A stretch of 64,000 nucleotides of DNA from Phoronis australis (lineage: Eukaryota > Animalia > Phoronida). A program made the position numbers and the translations under genes. The stretch spans positions 124,001-188,000 of the forward strand of contig NMRA01000642.1 in assembly GCA_002633005.1 (NCBI GenBank), read 5' to 3'. The notes under the pieces were generated by a model. That model was not told the origin of the DNA and ran no database searches. It saw nothing but the letters and a program-made list of their open reading frames with translations. Of the stretch, positions 24,701-34,200 are shown in pieces; the stretch's first letter is position 1, and every line of letters starts with the position of its first letter.

Positions 24701-27468
24701 CGAACCAGCTGCCACAATGACGATGTCTGCTCTAACGACTTGCTCCTCCATGTAATCCTCGTCACCATGACAACGCGTGTACGTCACTTGCCATGTTCCA
24801 TCCTCGTGAACTTCTAGAACGTGCTCCACTTTTACCTGATGGGTAAAAAAAAATTCCCTTGCGCACAAAAGTCATGTACTTGAACATTAAGCGACCGAAA
24901 ACAAAGTAAGACGACCGGGAGAGGTTTACTAACTCCGGTATTCACGCTTGTGCATTTGAAGATGCTCCTACATTTCAGAACGTTCGAGATAGGACGGCCA
25001 CAAGCTACCGCACAATGAAAGAGGCGAGATGGCAGTGGTTAGTCACTGACTTGTTCTTTACAAAGGACCAGTTGTTGGAACGTTGTCAATTAAATTCTTT
25101 GCTTAGCAAAATTTCATCTCCACAGGCAAAGATTGCAAAACGCTAAGCCCAAATTTCAGTCATTTTACAGAAGGTTTGTTATTCCAACAACCTGGAAAAT
25201 TATTCATTATAATAAATTGACGCCTGAGAGATACCAACAAAGGTGGTCATGTTATTTGCATAGTAATCAGTCATAGGGTTCGATGGTGTTTTTAAGTTGT
25301 TTGTTGTGTTGTACATGGTTGAATTCCATATTGCTGTACATGAACGTTCTTGTTGAATCAATAAATGTTTAGATTAGTAAAAACATTGCTGCAGCTTAAT
25401 TTGAAAAATGTAATCATCCCGGTTAAACAATTGACAAAAATATCGTTCTGCAAATACGTGTAGATGGTTTCTAGTCTTCTCGGTGAGAAGCCATCTTGCG
25501 ACGCTGAATCACACTGAGTTAGTCATGGGGGAATAAGAGAGATAACCATAATTTTTTTATCGCGTCGGTGAATTCGGGTCAGAGAAACATCGTTTTTGGA
25601 AAATTTAAGCGTTTTCCCCTTTAAAAATTGTTTACATTCACTGGATTCGCAAACAGTTGCATTTTAAAAATAAACATTAAAACAACGTGCAGTTTAATAC
25701 ATGACCACGTTTTAGTCACCTGGTCCTATAAGTGAAACTCTGGGGCACGCGCCTTCCAAAGACTCGATTGAGTAACAAAATGAAGAACACTTATAGTAAT
25801 TCGGACTTAAGGGCACAAACCTATATGTTCATGTGTCTATATTAGTTACTAAATCGTCAAAAGGTGAAAATTAGTGGCAGTGATGTCTAATAATTGGCAA
25901 TTTCATGTCATCATAACATCATTTTTTAAATTGAAAGAGGAAGTATGAGTTACCTGTGTGAAGATCTGTGCTCCGTGATACTTTGCGTCAGGTAGATAGT
26001 TCCTGTCAAGTGTATTCTTCGCTCCGGTGTTGCACCCGGTCACGCAGTTACCGCAGCCATTACATCTAGGTTGGGGCACACCCACGTGGTTTGACACTCG
26101 GCTACTGGAGTCGGTAGTCACCACAATGGGCGTTTTGTAGTGCAAGTCAGAAAGCGATTTCTTCTTAGTGTTCACTAAGAAATCTCCGAGATCTTCAATG
26201 TCGTTTAGATTGCTTCTTTCGATATATTCTGCGACTTTACTCAGCTGTTGTGACTTTGCAGTTGCTTTAGGGTAAACGCTGGGACGTAACATTGTCTTCG
26301 CTCTCTCCATGTCAGCTTTAAACCCGTCAAAATCGTCCCTAAAATCTTGCGGCCATTCCTCGTCTAGAAAGACCCTCTCGTCAGCTTCAATGCAGACGTT
26401 GGCATTAATGAGTGACGTTCCTCCAAGACCACACCCCTTTACAACAGTCACGTCCTCGCTCACAACGAATTCGTACAGCCCTAGGATGAGATTTTAAAAT
26501 GGTGTATTGTTCATCTTCAGCACACATTTACCGGTTGTGTAGTAAATGCTACTGTAGATGTTTAGTAGATGATTCAGTAAAAGACTTGGAAGCTTCCCTT
26601 TACTGGATCCCGTTATCGGACCAGATACATAAAACGTTGCTATAAACCGGAGCATGTCTCGACACAGTTACGTGTACATGTACATGTACAAGGTCTGAGT
26701 AACTGCAGCTATTGTTTATGATATCTGCAAAATAACAATGAGATAAAATGAAAGCATTATTCAAAATTTCAAGGTGATTGCTCGCCACTATTCTTATTAT
26801 CCTTGGTATTGTTTAAAAAAAAATTTTTATTTTTTTCGAAAATTTAAGAGTTCAACTCACACCAAGGTAACGATGAGTAATTTTGAGGGATTAAACTATT
26901 ATCAAGGGACGTATACGGCAATATGGATACATTTGTGCGTTAGTACATGTACATGTATATGTATGAAGAGTGGGTGGTGTTACAGTACATCATTGCATTT
27001 TTCTGGCCAAGGACTAAATCAGGATATGTTTGGAGACGGACACATTTTTCAGGCTTGTCTTTGAGTGAAGAAACAAAGAGACACGCATTTTATACACACA
27101 AATAACATTCGCAGCGAAATTGAGTACGATATAGGTTAATTGCAGTGGGGATCAATAAAGATTTATTTTCCATATATCGATAGTCATTATGCATCAACTT
27201 TTTTGAAAATTTACTAACCTAAGTCATTTCCAGAGACTGTGTGCCCGTCAATTTTCACTTGCATTTCACGGGATGCATCAGAAAACGTCTCCGGAAAGTT
27301 TCCCGGCAACCATTCCTTCCCCCGCTCCAGAACACAGACGGACTTTCCCGCACGCGCTGCACGTGAGGCAGCGATTGAGCCACCGTAGCCTGAACCGATG
27401 ACGATAACATCGTAAAAGCTATCAACGACTGTCACATCAGCCTCTGATAAATGAGGTACTTCCGGTTC
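511..27468 (-). CDS. Multi-exon gene: cholesterol-oxidase (ChoD)-like GMC oxidoreductase fused to a Cys-nucleophile alpha/beta-hydrolase (about 1320 aa, 5' start exon unresolved)
   Basis: Twenty exons with GT-AG boundaries whose phases all match: 27219-27468, 25954-26480, 24675-24835, 23438-23589, 17088-17290, 16534-16695, 16203-16383, 15100-15270 (dup 13211-13381), 14432-14692 (dup 12482-12742), 11968-12180, 11021-11207, 10366-10481, 9917-10054, 8225-8340, 6697-6825, 6268-6382, 2809-2983, 2332-2524, 1672-1900, 511-794. Total 3963 nt, open to TAA. GMC motifs [59 protein letters not shown]. Hydrolase motifs LLHG, CHCMG, GYGHLD. Confidence 0.9.
1672..1900 (-). CDS. Exon: hydrolase catalytic His (GYGHLD)
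   Basis: FHLLEGYGHLDPLIGKNANKEIYPIIVSFL; donor G/gtaatc at 1671, or read-through to the stop at 1649. Confidence 0.9.
2332..2524 (-). CDS. Exon: hydrolase domain
   Basis: SLGQGRLVGFKEGEDDLYMP...LDRLDIPMVLLMSEKNGVF; ttttag acceptor, gtaggc donor. Confidence 0.87.
2809..2983 (-). CDS. Exon: hydrolase cap region
   Basis: CKNSVCHKLTLVYGLLWEHNQMNNDTHRSLHEMFG; tttctcttccag acceptor (in-frame alternative at 3001), gtaagt donor. Confidence 0.87.
3554..5221. mobile_element. Degenerate PIF/Harbinger DNA transposon in an intron
   Basis: TIRs CCGGTTGCATGAAACrGTyCCTAA at both ends. Minus-strand 4075-4270 reads ETFSGGELNERFRFLRAGIFMIVRELEQKLE...ISP, resembling the N-terminus of HARBI1/Harbinger transposases. 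Confidence 0.75.
5969..6106. mobile_element. MITE family 1, copy 1 (GTTCAGTA...TACTGAAC)
   Basis: Terminal inverted repeats; homologous to 31042-31200 and 62545-62703. Confidence 0.7.
6268..6382 (-). CDS. Exon: hydrolase cap region
   Basis: LKVKLNVASLFETFGVEALDSY...KISK; tttcag acceptor, gtatat donor. Confidence 0.82.
6697..6825 (-). CDS. Exon: nucleophile elbow with Cys (CHCMG)
   Basis: VLCHCMGAASFWMSRLLGYLDGKIRCVASLQAGITP; atttag acceptor, gtaagg donor. Translated by hand; the ORF track shows another frame. Confidence 0.87.
7360..8110. repeat. Minisatellite, unit of about 20 bp AACCATGGTAATGTTGGTGA
   Basis: Dozens of degenerate tandem copies; the ORFs here are repeat artefacts. Confidence 0.92.
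8225..8340 (-). CDS. Exon: hydrolase domain
   Basis: KPFTLDDVAKYDITSAVDSVLKETNHKDLE; gtaaac donor. Confidence 0.88.
9917..10054 (-). CDS. Exon: hydrolase oxyanion-hole HG motif
   Basis: GGSKGPVLLLHGHG...VEFLVKRKYDVWCLDWR; gtaagt donor. Confidence 0.9.
10366..10481 (-). CDS. Exon: start of alpha/beta-hydrolase domain
   Basis: IMSHNRLKRPLNLP...VLTEDDTVNNLIRYQG; ttgcag acceptor, gtgaga donor. Confidence 0.85.
11021..11207 (-). CDS. Exon: linker domain end
   Basis: EADKIGQGLLKMPF...FFKLFLGEIYNIYSP; gtgagt donor (phase 2). Confidence 0.85.
11968..12180 (-). CDS. Exon: linker domain
   Basis: GSVQLFVNDS...FMKYRLQL...YYFYGEKNI...DTTTLAYSIYNG; ttttag acceptor, gtatgg donor. Confidence 0.87.
12482..12742 (-). 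CDS. Exon: linker domain (duplicate copy B)
   Basis: Identical by eye to 14432-14692. Confidence 0.8.
13211..13381 (-). CDS. Exon: GMC C-terminus (duplicate copy B)
   Basis: Near-identical to 15100-15270 (CMR vs CLR, FID vs FVD, one synonymous change). Confidence 0.8.
14253..14425. other. Assembly gap (N run)
   Basis: Run of n characters. Confidence 1.
14432..14692 (-). CDS. Exon: linker domain (copy A)
   Basis: PGFRVEETMKGIF...FVDKDPNHEALVDGVVLCPELSKRPLTAKG; the acceptor at ttagatag gives the phase-1 fit. Confidence 0.85.
15100..15270 (-). CDS. Exon: GMC C-terminus (copy A)
   Basis: [29 protein letters not shown]; ctgtag acceptor, G/gtaagg donor. Not in the ORF track; translated by hand. 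Confidence 0.88.
16203..16383 (-). CDS. Exon: GMC catalytic His (HPLGGC)
   Basis: ALGGTYVENPLW...VTVHPLGGCIMAESGKTGVVNHKCQVF; gtgagt donor. Confidence 0.92.
16534..16695 (-). CDS. Exon: GMC domain
   Basis: GEATEKTLGLLAMSHD...SGQIKLDKDGVKIDWPGSG; ttacag acceptor, gtaatg donor. Confidence 0.88.
17088..17290 (-). CDS. Exon: GMC substrate-binding region
   Basis: GPCITSILDLRD...LIIED...FVDKIS; acccag acceptor, gtaagt donor; phases fit both neighbours. Confidence 0.87.
18209..18601 (+). mobile_element. Possible small solo LTR
   Basis: TGTAAC...GTTACA inverted ends and AATAAA at 18565; the flanks (gtaca/ataga) do not form a clean TSD. Confidence 0.3.
22467..23204 (+). mobile_element. Solo LTR of an LTR retrotransposon
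   Basis: TGTCA...TGACA ends, TATAAATA at about 22800, AATAAA at 23098, near-TSD caaaa/caaag. It interrupts a degenerate AAACTTAAGTTTT-type repeat that resumes on the other side. Confidence 0.7.
23438..23589 (-). CDS. Exon: GMC domain (GKGFSGNGD)
   Basis: SREQGLDLSDSIGKGFSGNGDQIGFSY...APG; ttccag acceptor, gtaagc donor. Confidence 0.9.
24675..24835 (-). CDS. Exon: GMC signature 2 region
   Basis: VKVEHV...VRADIVIVAAGSLGSTEVLAR; catcag acceptor, gtaaat donor. Confidence 0.9.
25954..26480 (-). CDS. Exon: GMC signature 1 and CxxCxxCxxGC cluster
   Basis: [29 protein letters not shown]...CNGCGNCVTGCNTGAKNTLDRNYLPDAKYHGAQIFTQ; catcctag acceptor, gtaact donor. Confidence 0.93.
27219..27468 (-). CDS. 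Exon: FAD-binding Rossmann motif of the GMC domain
   Basis: YDVIVIGSGYGGSIAASRAARAGKSVCVLERGKEWLPG; acceptor tttacag, donor G/gttagt (phase 1). Confidence 0.92.
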
Positions 27469-30400
27469 CTGTAAACAAGGAATTCCAAACATAGTCAAAA
27501 CTTAACACTTAGAAAAACGTACAGCTTGGGGTTAATCAACGACAAGTCAAGGCAATAGACCAAGCATGGCAAATAAACATGGAAACTCAGACTTCTTATA
27601 TCTACGGCAGATTTCGATTTACACAATAACTTTATGACAGTCAAAAACCAAGTCTTGAAACAATTCAAGTAATCAGCTATGTTCTCTAGTTCTTTTAAAA
27701 CTCATTATTTGAAATAGTCAATACAAGAACTACACAGACCAAGAGAGGGCCAGGTGGTATTGTATCTGGACTACATGCACATGTATTCGAGTCACACAAA
27801 TATATATTTATGTAATATTAAAAATATTTGAAACTATTGCATTTAAGTCAAGTCCTTCACAATCACTTACAGTTTCGACAAAAATTGTTAAACATTTTTG
27901 GAAGATCTCAATGTTTTTGTAAACACTGGGGGTATTGTTCGAGTGTCTAGAAAAGCGGTGCACTGTGATCCTTGCAAACCATTCGGACAAAGAAAATATG
28001 AACATATGTCTGAGTGTCTCCACGAGAACACAATGGTGGAATATTATCTAAATTAAATCTAAATCTTTTGCTGTTTAGGAATAACCGTTTCTTGATCCGT
28101 ATATGTTGATTTTATGCTTGCGTGTAAGCCGAAATGCAGGCCCGTAGAAAAGGCAAGACATATTGAGGGGGGCATAAACCATTCCTACTTCACCAAACTA
28201 CCCAGCCCCCATAGCCACCCCCTCCGCCAATGTCCCCCCGCTCCGTGCTCCCACCAGTTGTACCGAATCTCCCACGTCATCAGGTTTGGCGGCAATCCCA
28301 GGGACGCACCCTCAAGAGTTGAGTAACGTGAACTAACAAAGTTTCACGGACAGTAAGAATGGGCCCAGGACCAGTGCACTGACGGTCAACGATCGAGGTC
28401 CTGCACCAAGTAACTGTACAGTAGCTGACATCCGACTGTGTGAAAATACGAAATTCCCGATGAAATAAAGCTAGTCGCCGGTCAGCTTAGCTCGTACCTC
28501 GCAGATATCCGTCTGCGCTGGCTCTAAGGTCAAGATTCCTTTTATTGTGATCCAGTTTCAGGGGAACTTCATTTTGATATGGTCATTATTTGAAGGAGTT
28601 TCTTGAAAAGGTGAGTTCCCGAGGACCATGATATAGTGCCATTGGGGCTGTTTCAAAATCCCTAGTTGAAACACCACATGCGGTCTACTTTCTGGTGGCT
28701 GAAGAATATGATGTAGAGTCTGTCTCAAAAATGAACACTTTGTGGAACTGTCCGACATTCATCAATATCCTTGAGACTTATTTCAGACAAAAAATAGTTG
28801 AGTTTGTTTTGCTCTTTGTGGATATGGTGACAGATCAAATTTTCCCAATGTCAGCCTACAAATAAGTTGATTGGAGCTCGTCAAATCTTAAAAGATTCGT
28901 TTCTAATTGTCAAAAAATCATCTACAATCAGTCAGTTTTCGTAGATACATAAACATGTAAATCAGACTTTATCGACAATCGATTAAATGTACAGTGACTC
29001 AATTCCTTTTTGATCTCCTGTTTGTAACTTAAACGACAGATCTTACACATAAGTCGAAAAAATGCATTTATTGCCATTTTAATTGTGAGTAAATTTTGGG
29101 AATTAGCTGAATTTCATCAATGTCTGAGTTTACTTTAATATTTGGGGACAGGGTTATAGAGTTATTTCCAGCTTCAACTCCATTCACTGAAACATCATCA
29201 GTTCTTAAAAAAATCATCAATGAATCTATCGATTTTGGTAGACACATAAACAAGTAAATCACAAACCAACGAATTTGTATATCAAAAATAATGTTATAAG
29301 CAACTTCCGCAGGCATGCTCACATATTTTTGACGGGTATATGGGGGCGTATGGGAGATGGGGCATTCGTATTAAGGTGTATTCTTGCTCAGTCAGAGGTA
29401 TCTACATGTTAAGTTTGAGCTCCACTGACAAAAAACGCTGAAATCTTTGTTTATGCTTGCGAGAGTTGTTTGAGTACCCCCGTTCGACATGTACACGGTC
29501 ATCACAAATAGTAGCGTAGACAGCAGTAACCATCATCAAAAGAGATATCATTTATTCGATGCTATGGGAGACAGTAACATTATTCCATAGCTAATCATCG
29601 GAAATAGTCCTTTTGTGTAGTTCACAAAAACTGGTCATCACATTCTTCATAATTCCACCTTTTCGATGGCAGTCAATCATATTGTATTTTTCGCATTTTT
29701 GGTGGTTTGGGTCGAATGTCTTGATGTTGCTACGCTATGCTGTGCATGAATGTTTTGTGTTTTGATGAATTTGGAATCTCAACTTCCCTCGTGAAGACTT
29801 GTCGGATTTACATGTACAGAGGGCAAAGGGACATTTTCCTTGAACTGCTCCACCGAGAGAGGGTCCCGTCTGAAATTGGACATCTTAAGACGAAAGGAAA
29901 GGTTGTCTTTTGCAACTCCTTGGTCTTAATTTTCGGTAGCAGTATTTCGGAATGAATTTTTGTTCTTCAAATCTGAATTGTTTACTTGTCCTGATTCTCG
30001 TGCATACTACTCAGATGAAGGACGTCATGACTGACGTTAAAAATAAAAAGTAACCATGAACTAGACGCGGGCAGATTCTCAAGGGTCCACCATTAAGCTT
30101 GGAAAAACGTGGAGGTTCATTCCACCGTCGTGAGGTCACAAGACGGTGCATGAAGTGACTTTCTTCAACATGAAAGCCGGTTGCAAGATTTCACAAAATC
30201 AAGAAAATAAAGGTAAACGATTTCACCAATGGGCCTTCTCTCAGTGTGCGTCTCCTTAAGAATTTGTCATTAAAACATAAAAAAGAGGGCCACTTGAATG
30301 TCATCAATGGCCTCCTTCAATGGTGGGACCCCTAAATATGAAAATAACTATATTTTCAAAAATCGGGAATTGCGCAGCAATTGATGCTATCCATCGGGTC

Positions 30401-31041
30401 ATCAATTTTTCTCAAGTGATGTGCACTTTCGAGAAAAATATAAAGCGACAGTTGTCTCCGTTATCCCTTGCCAGAAAGAAATCTCTGGAAAAATCTTGTT
30501 CTGAATTCGCAAAATTGACTTACTGACTTTAGAAATTCAGTAAATTAATATACTTTGCAAAAGCTTTGCTTTACAAATTTTCTCGATTTTTTTAAATATA
30601 TATATGAAAGATTACGTGCACGTTTTCAAGTGCGTTTAGACGACCTTTTCGCAAAAGCAAGACCCTAGCAAGGGTCCTAAAAGGTAAAAATGCACTGCTA
30701 TAGAGTTGTTATTTTCTCTCTTTTCCCTATTTATCAGTCTTTCTTTTATCGGTCGGTTGCCACGATTTAACCCTGGCAACTGAAAATTTATGGGAGACAT
30801 GTGTCCTCCTGACTTGTCCCAGCCCCGGCCACCCGCTTCCTACGACCCTGGGAGGATGTCAGTGGGACTGCAAAATCTAGAGCGGTGGTATGGATTTTAA
30901 AATTATTTCTGAAAGTGACGAAATTCTTTCTTTTATTTTGGTCGGTGAGGAATTCCGGTTGACTATGAAAGTTAATAATGTAAGATCTCTTGAAGGCTTG
31001 GCTGAGAGGATGGCATGGTGCATAAATTACTTTGCCACAGT

Positions 31042-31200
31042 CCAGGCGTGCGTTCAGTAGACGCTAGGACCTACGCTAGGACCTAGCTAAAACCTAGTCA
31101 AAGTCACTTGTCGTTATTCAAAATACACGGCAATACCTCACGTAATCTCGCGAAGTCTTGCTTTTTAGCGAGTTCCTAGCGTTACTGAACGGGAGGCTGG
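31042..31200. mobile_element. MITE family 1, copy 2
   Basis: CCAGGCGTGCGTTCAGTAGACGCTAGGA ... TCCTAGCGTTACTGAACGGGAGGCTGG inverted ends. Confidence 0.75.
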
Positions 31201-31489
31201 TCTTGCATTATGTGGTTTGAAGGAGTCAAAGGGGACTTTGTTTAAATAATTGTTTGTGTTTTATGTGTGGGCATTTCAGGCACGGTGGACCTTTTTAGTT
31301 TGCAAAAGGTCGACACTGGGCAGTTTTCATTATGGCCTCGTCACACGTTAATTAGGGAGAAGGGAAATTTGTATGCACAGCGATGACTCACAGCTCTATG
31401 ACCCTGATATGAGACGGAAATGACGATTGATCTTAAAGAATGGGACTCAAATTCGGATATGTAATCTGGTCCAGAACCAGAACGCTTCG

Positions 31490-31895
31490 CGTTACTTTCA
31501 ATCAAACTTTCAAATCAGGCGTTCTTAAATGATTGATTACAACACATTGCATACTCGGACGGAACTTTTTAGTCTAAGAATGAATTAGAGCAAAATTTTA
31601 TTTGGGTTTATTTCTGTGTTTTACTTATATAGCTTGAAATGGGAACAGTCCGCTATTCTGATGTTTCAATACGAAGGTTCACAACTCCGAAAATATCAAA
31701 AATTTCGCACTCGGGTGTAATTTTTATACTTTTGCATGCAAAAGTGAACGATACTTCGGTTATTAGATGGACTGAGGTGTGCACCTACACACAAAACAAC
31801 GTCCGGGCACTATTGATTTCATGCGCATACGAAATTGCCCACATGCCATACGAACACAGAAAAAATGAGTACGTCCTTGCATTTGTAAAAGGATC
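31490..31895 (+). repeat. Dispersed repeat, inverted homolog of 38165-38610
   Basis: Shared blocks such as TCGGTTATTAGATG and AAAAAATGAGTACG..CTTGCATTT, plus the GAAGGTTCAC subrepeat. Confidence 0.75.
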
Positions 31896-33659
31896 CCGAT
31901 ACCGGATTTAACCTACTGACAGGTACTAAAACTGACTTTCCTATCTAGTTCTCTTAAACAAAATAGTGCTCTGAAACCCTTGAAAAACCTCAAAAGTTTG
32001 TTGAAAAATTAGAAACACCATTCAAAGTTTTCTTAACGGGCAAGAGTAACCTACGCTTTTTGCGAATTACACAGCAAGATAAAAACAGTTTAGGTATACA
32101 AACGATTTCCAGGGCATCAAAAACTTCATAAAAATGGATCAAAACATTGGTATAACTGAAAACAGCGAGCGGTTTAGAGAATTTGTTTCTAGTACTTCGG
32201 GGCATGAAGTAGGCAGCGCTCATGATTTTGGAATATAAGGAACTTATCTTGGAGACTTACAATATTTCCCCTGAAAGAAATAACATCAAGCACTGAAGTC
32301 AGAGCAGCTAGGCTCATTCTGATTTGCAAATGGCATCTATTCGATTTTAGTTATGGGTTTACTCTTGTTTTTGTTGACGTCTGACCTGGCAGTTAAAAAC
32401 TGAAGTTGTAACGATTTTGAAATTGCACTGTAAGCATGGAAAAACGCAAATTTGGGCAATTAAGGCTTGTATCACATTTGTGACGTCATTGATGTGTGGG
32501 TAAGCAAACAAGGGAACAATATGTTCACGCACACATCTGCAACTCAGTTTCAAACTGTAAAGCCGCCAAACATCGTCGCGCGCATAAGTAGCGAACTTGA
32601 CAGTGACTTGCACATTGGTAAAATGTGCGAAGCATGGCGACAATAGGTTTACCTCAAGAAACGTCAGTGACGTACTTCCGTCGACGTATATCAAGGACAA
32701 GACTCGAATCTACCTCTACTTGAAACTTTAGATGCATTCACAAGCTGAACTAATATTATTATGCACAAATGATGAAGCACCATGTGAATCGGCAAAAATA
32801 CGTGCACAAACAGATCCAATGACGTCACGGCAAACGTAATATTGAGCCCTGTGACAGGACCCCGAGGCTTTTTATTTACAATTATATCGTTAGATCCAGG
32901 CCAACCTCGCCGCAACGGCAACATATTTCCAGTGTTGAAACTTAAGATTAAAATTTGCCGTGCCAAACATGATAAACACTCGGACAAAAACAGCGTAGGT
33001 CCTTCCAACAAGTGTTTTTCCGCACCCCACTAACAAAAAAGTGATTATAGCACATTTAACCACCGATTCTCTGTTCTGTAATCCGTATCTGCTGCGTCCT
33101 TTTTCATTTTGTTGTAGAGCGGAACTAGTCTAAACTAAAACGAAAAAGAAGTTGGTAAGACGGAAATCTTGCATTCAGGTCTGTTTTGTGAAGATTGAAT
33201 CCGGCCCAGATCCCCAAATCAACCTTTCGCGCGCGCAGCACGTACAGTGAAAGAGAGCCCTACTGCTAGGATGCAAGTTGCGTGTTGTAAAACAACGACA
33301 TTGAAAAACATTGGATAAAAGTACTGTTAAACGGGCGCATTGGTAAAGAAAAGTTGATCTAATAAGTCCGTGAATAATATTCACTCGAAATTGGAGCCAG
33401 TTTTTAATCAATCGGCCGACGAGCTCCGGCTTTTTCTAGCTTCATTTGTATTGCTTTTCGTTGCAAAATTGGCCGCTCACATTCACAATATGTCGCAAAT
33501 AACAGTTTTACTATTTATTTACTAGGACTATATTGCTCCCAGATCAGTCGTCCACTCCTGATACATGTACCTCTATCAATCCCAGCAGGCTTTGCGCTGA
33601 CTAATAACAGGACATGCGCTATCGTTAAACCAATTCAGCTGCAACTTCGCTATGTCAGA

Positions 33660-34200
33660 AATACCTACCATTTGGATCTAAAAGTCATGCAAGTTTTCAT
33701 AGGAAGCCCCGAGTTATGATGAGGAGGTGTTTTGAGAAGTTCGAACCAGTACTTGATAAACGCAACACTACTCTTAAGCGGATGTGGGTGGTTGCCGTTA
33801 TCTATTAAACTAGATAACGGCAACAGCCCACATTCGCTCAGTGCAGAGTCGTTTGAGCATGAATTAGCTACACCCAACACACGCTATGAAAGTACGCTCC
33901 TTTTCTAACTAGTTGTATTCTTCTAAGCCCCATATTTCTCCTTCATAGCACAAGGTAGAGTAAAGTGTGTTATTAAATATCTCAAGAGTTACACGCTGGT
34001 GAAACATGGTCACGCTTCCTTGTAGCTTGTCGACTGTAATGGCGAACTTCGTGGCTTGGGCTGACAGGGTCTGAGTAGCCATAATCCACAATTACTTTGG
34101 CGTGAACACAACATCAATACACTTGTAACTGGAAACCACTTGGAGTTCAATAAGCATTGTAATCATTTTAAATGAAGAAGAATACATGCGTTTGCTGACT
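33660..34200 (-). mobile_element. Degenerate 3' fragment of a CR1/L2-group LINE ORF2
   Basis: LCYEGEIWG...VLGV.NS.SN..AL.ECG..PL...IKYWF.LL pattern typical of LINE ORF2 C-termini. Confidence 0.65.

Noticed and set aside
511-27468. Bacterial contamination as the source of the ChoD-like gene
   Set aside because: It has 19 spliceosomal introns containing eukaryotic transposons, so it is integrated in a eukaryotic genome.
32359-33411. Cluster of 60-113 aa ORFs
   Set aside because: No recognisable motifs, mostly non-ATG starts, and no consistent splice chain.
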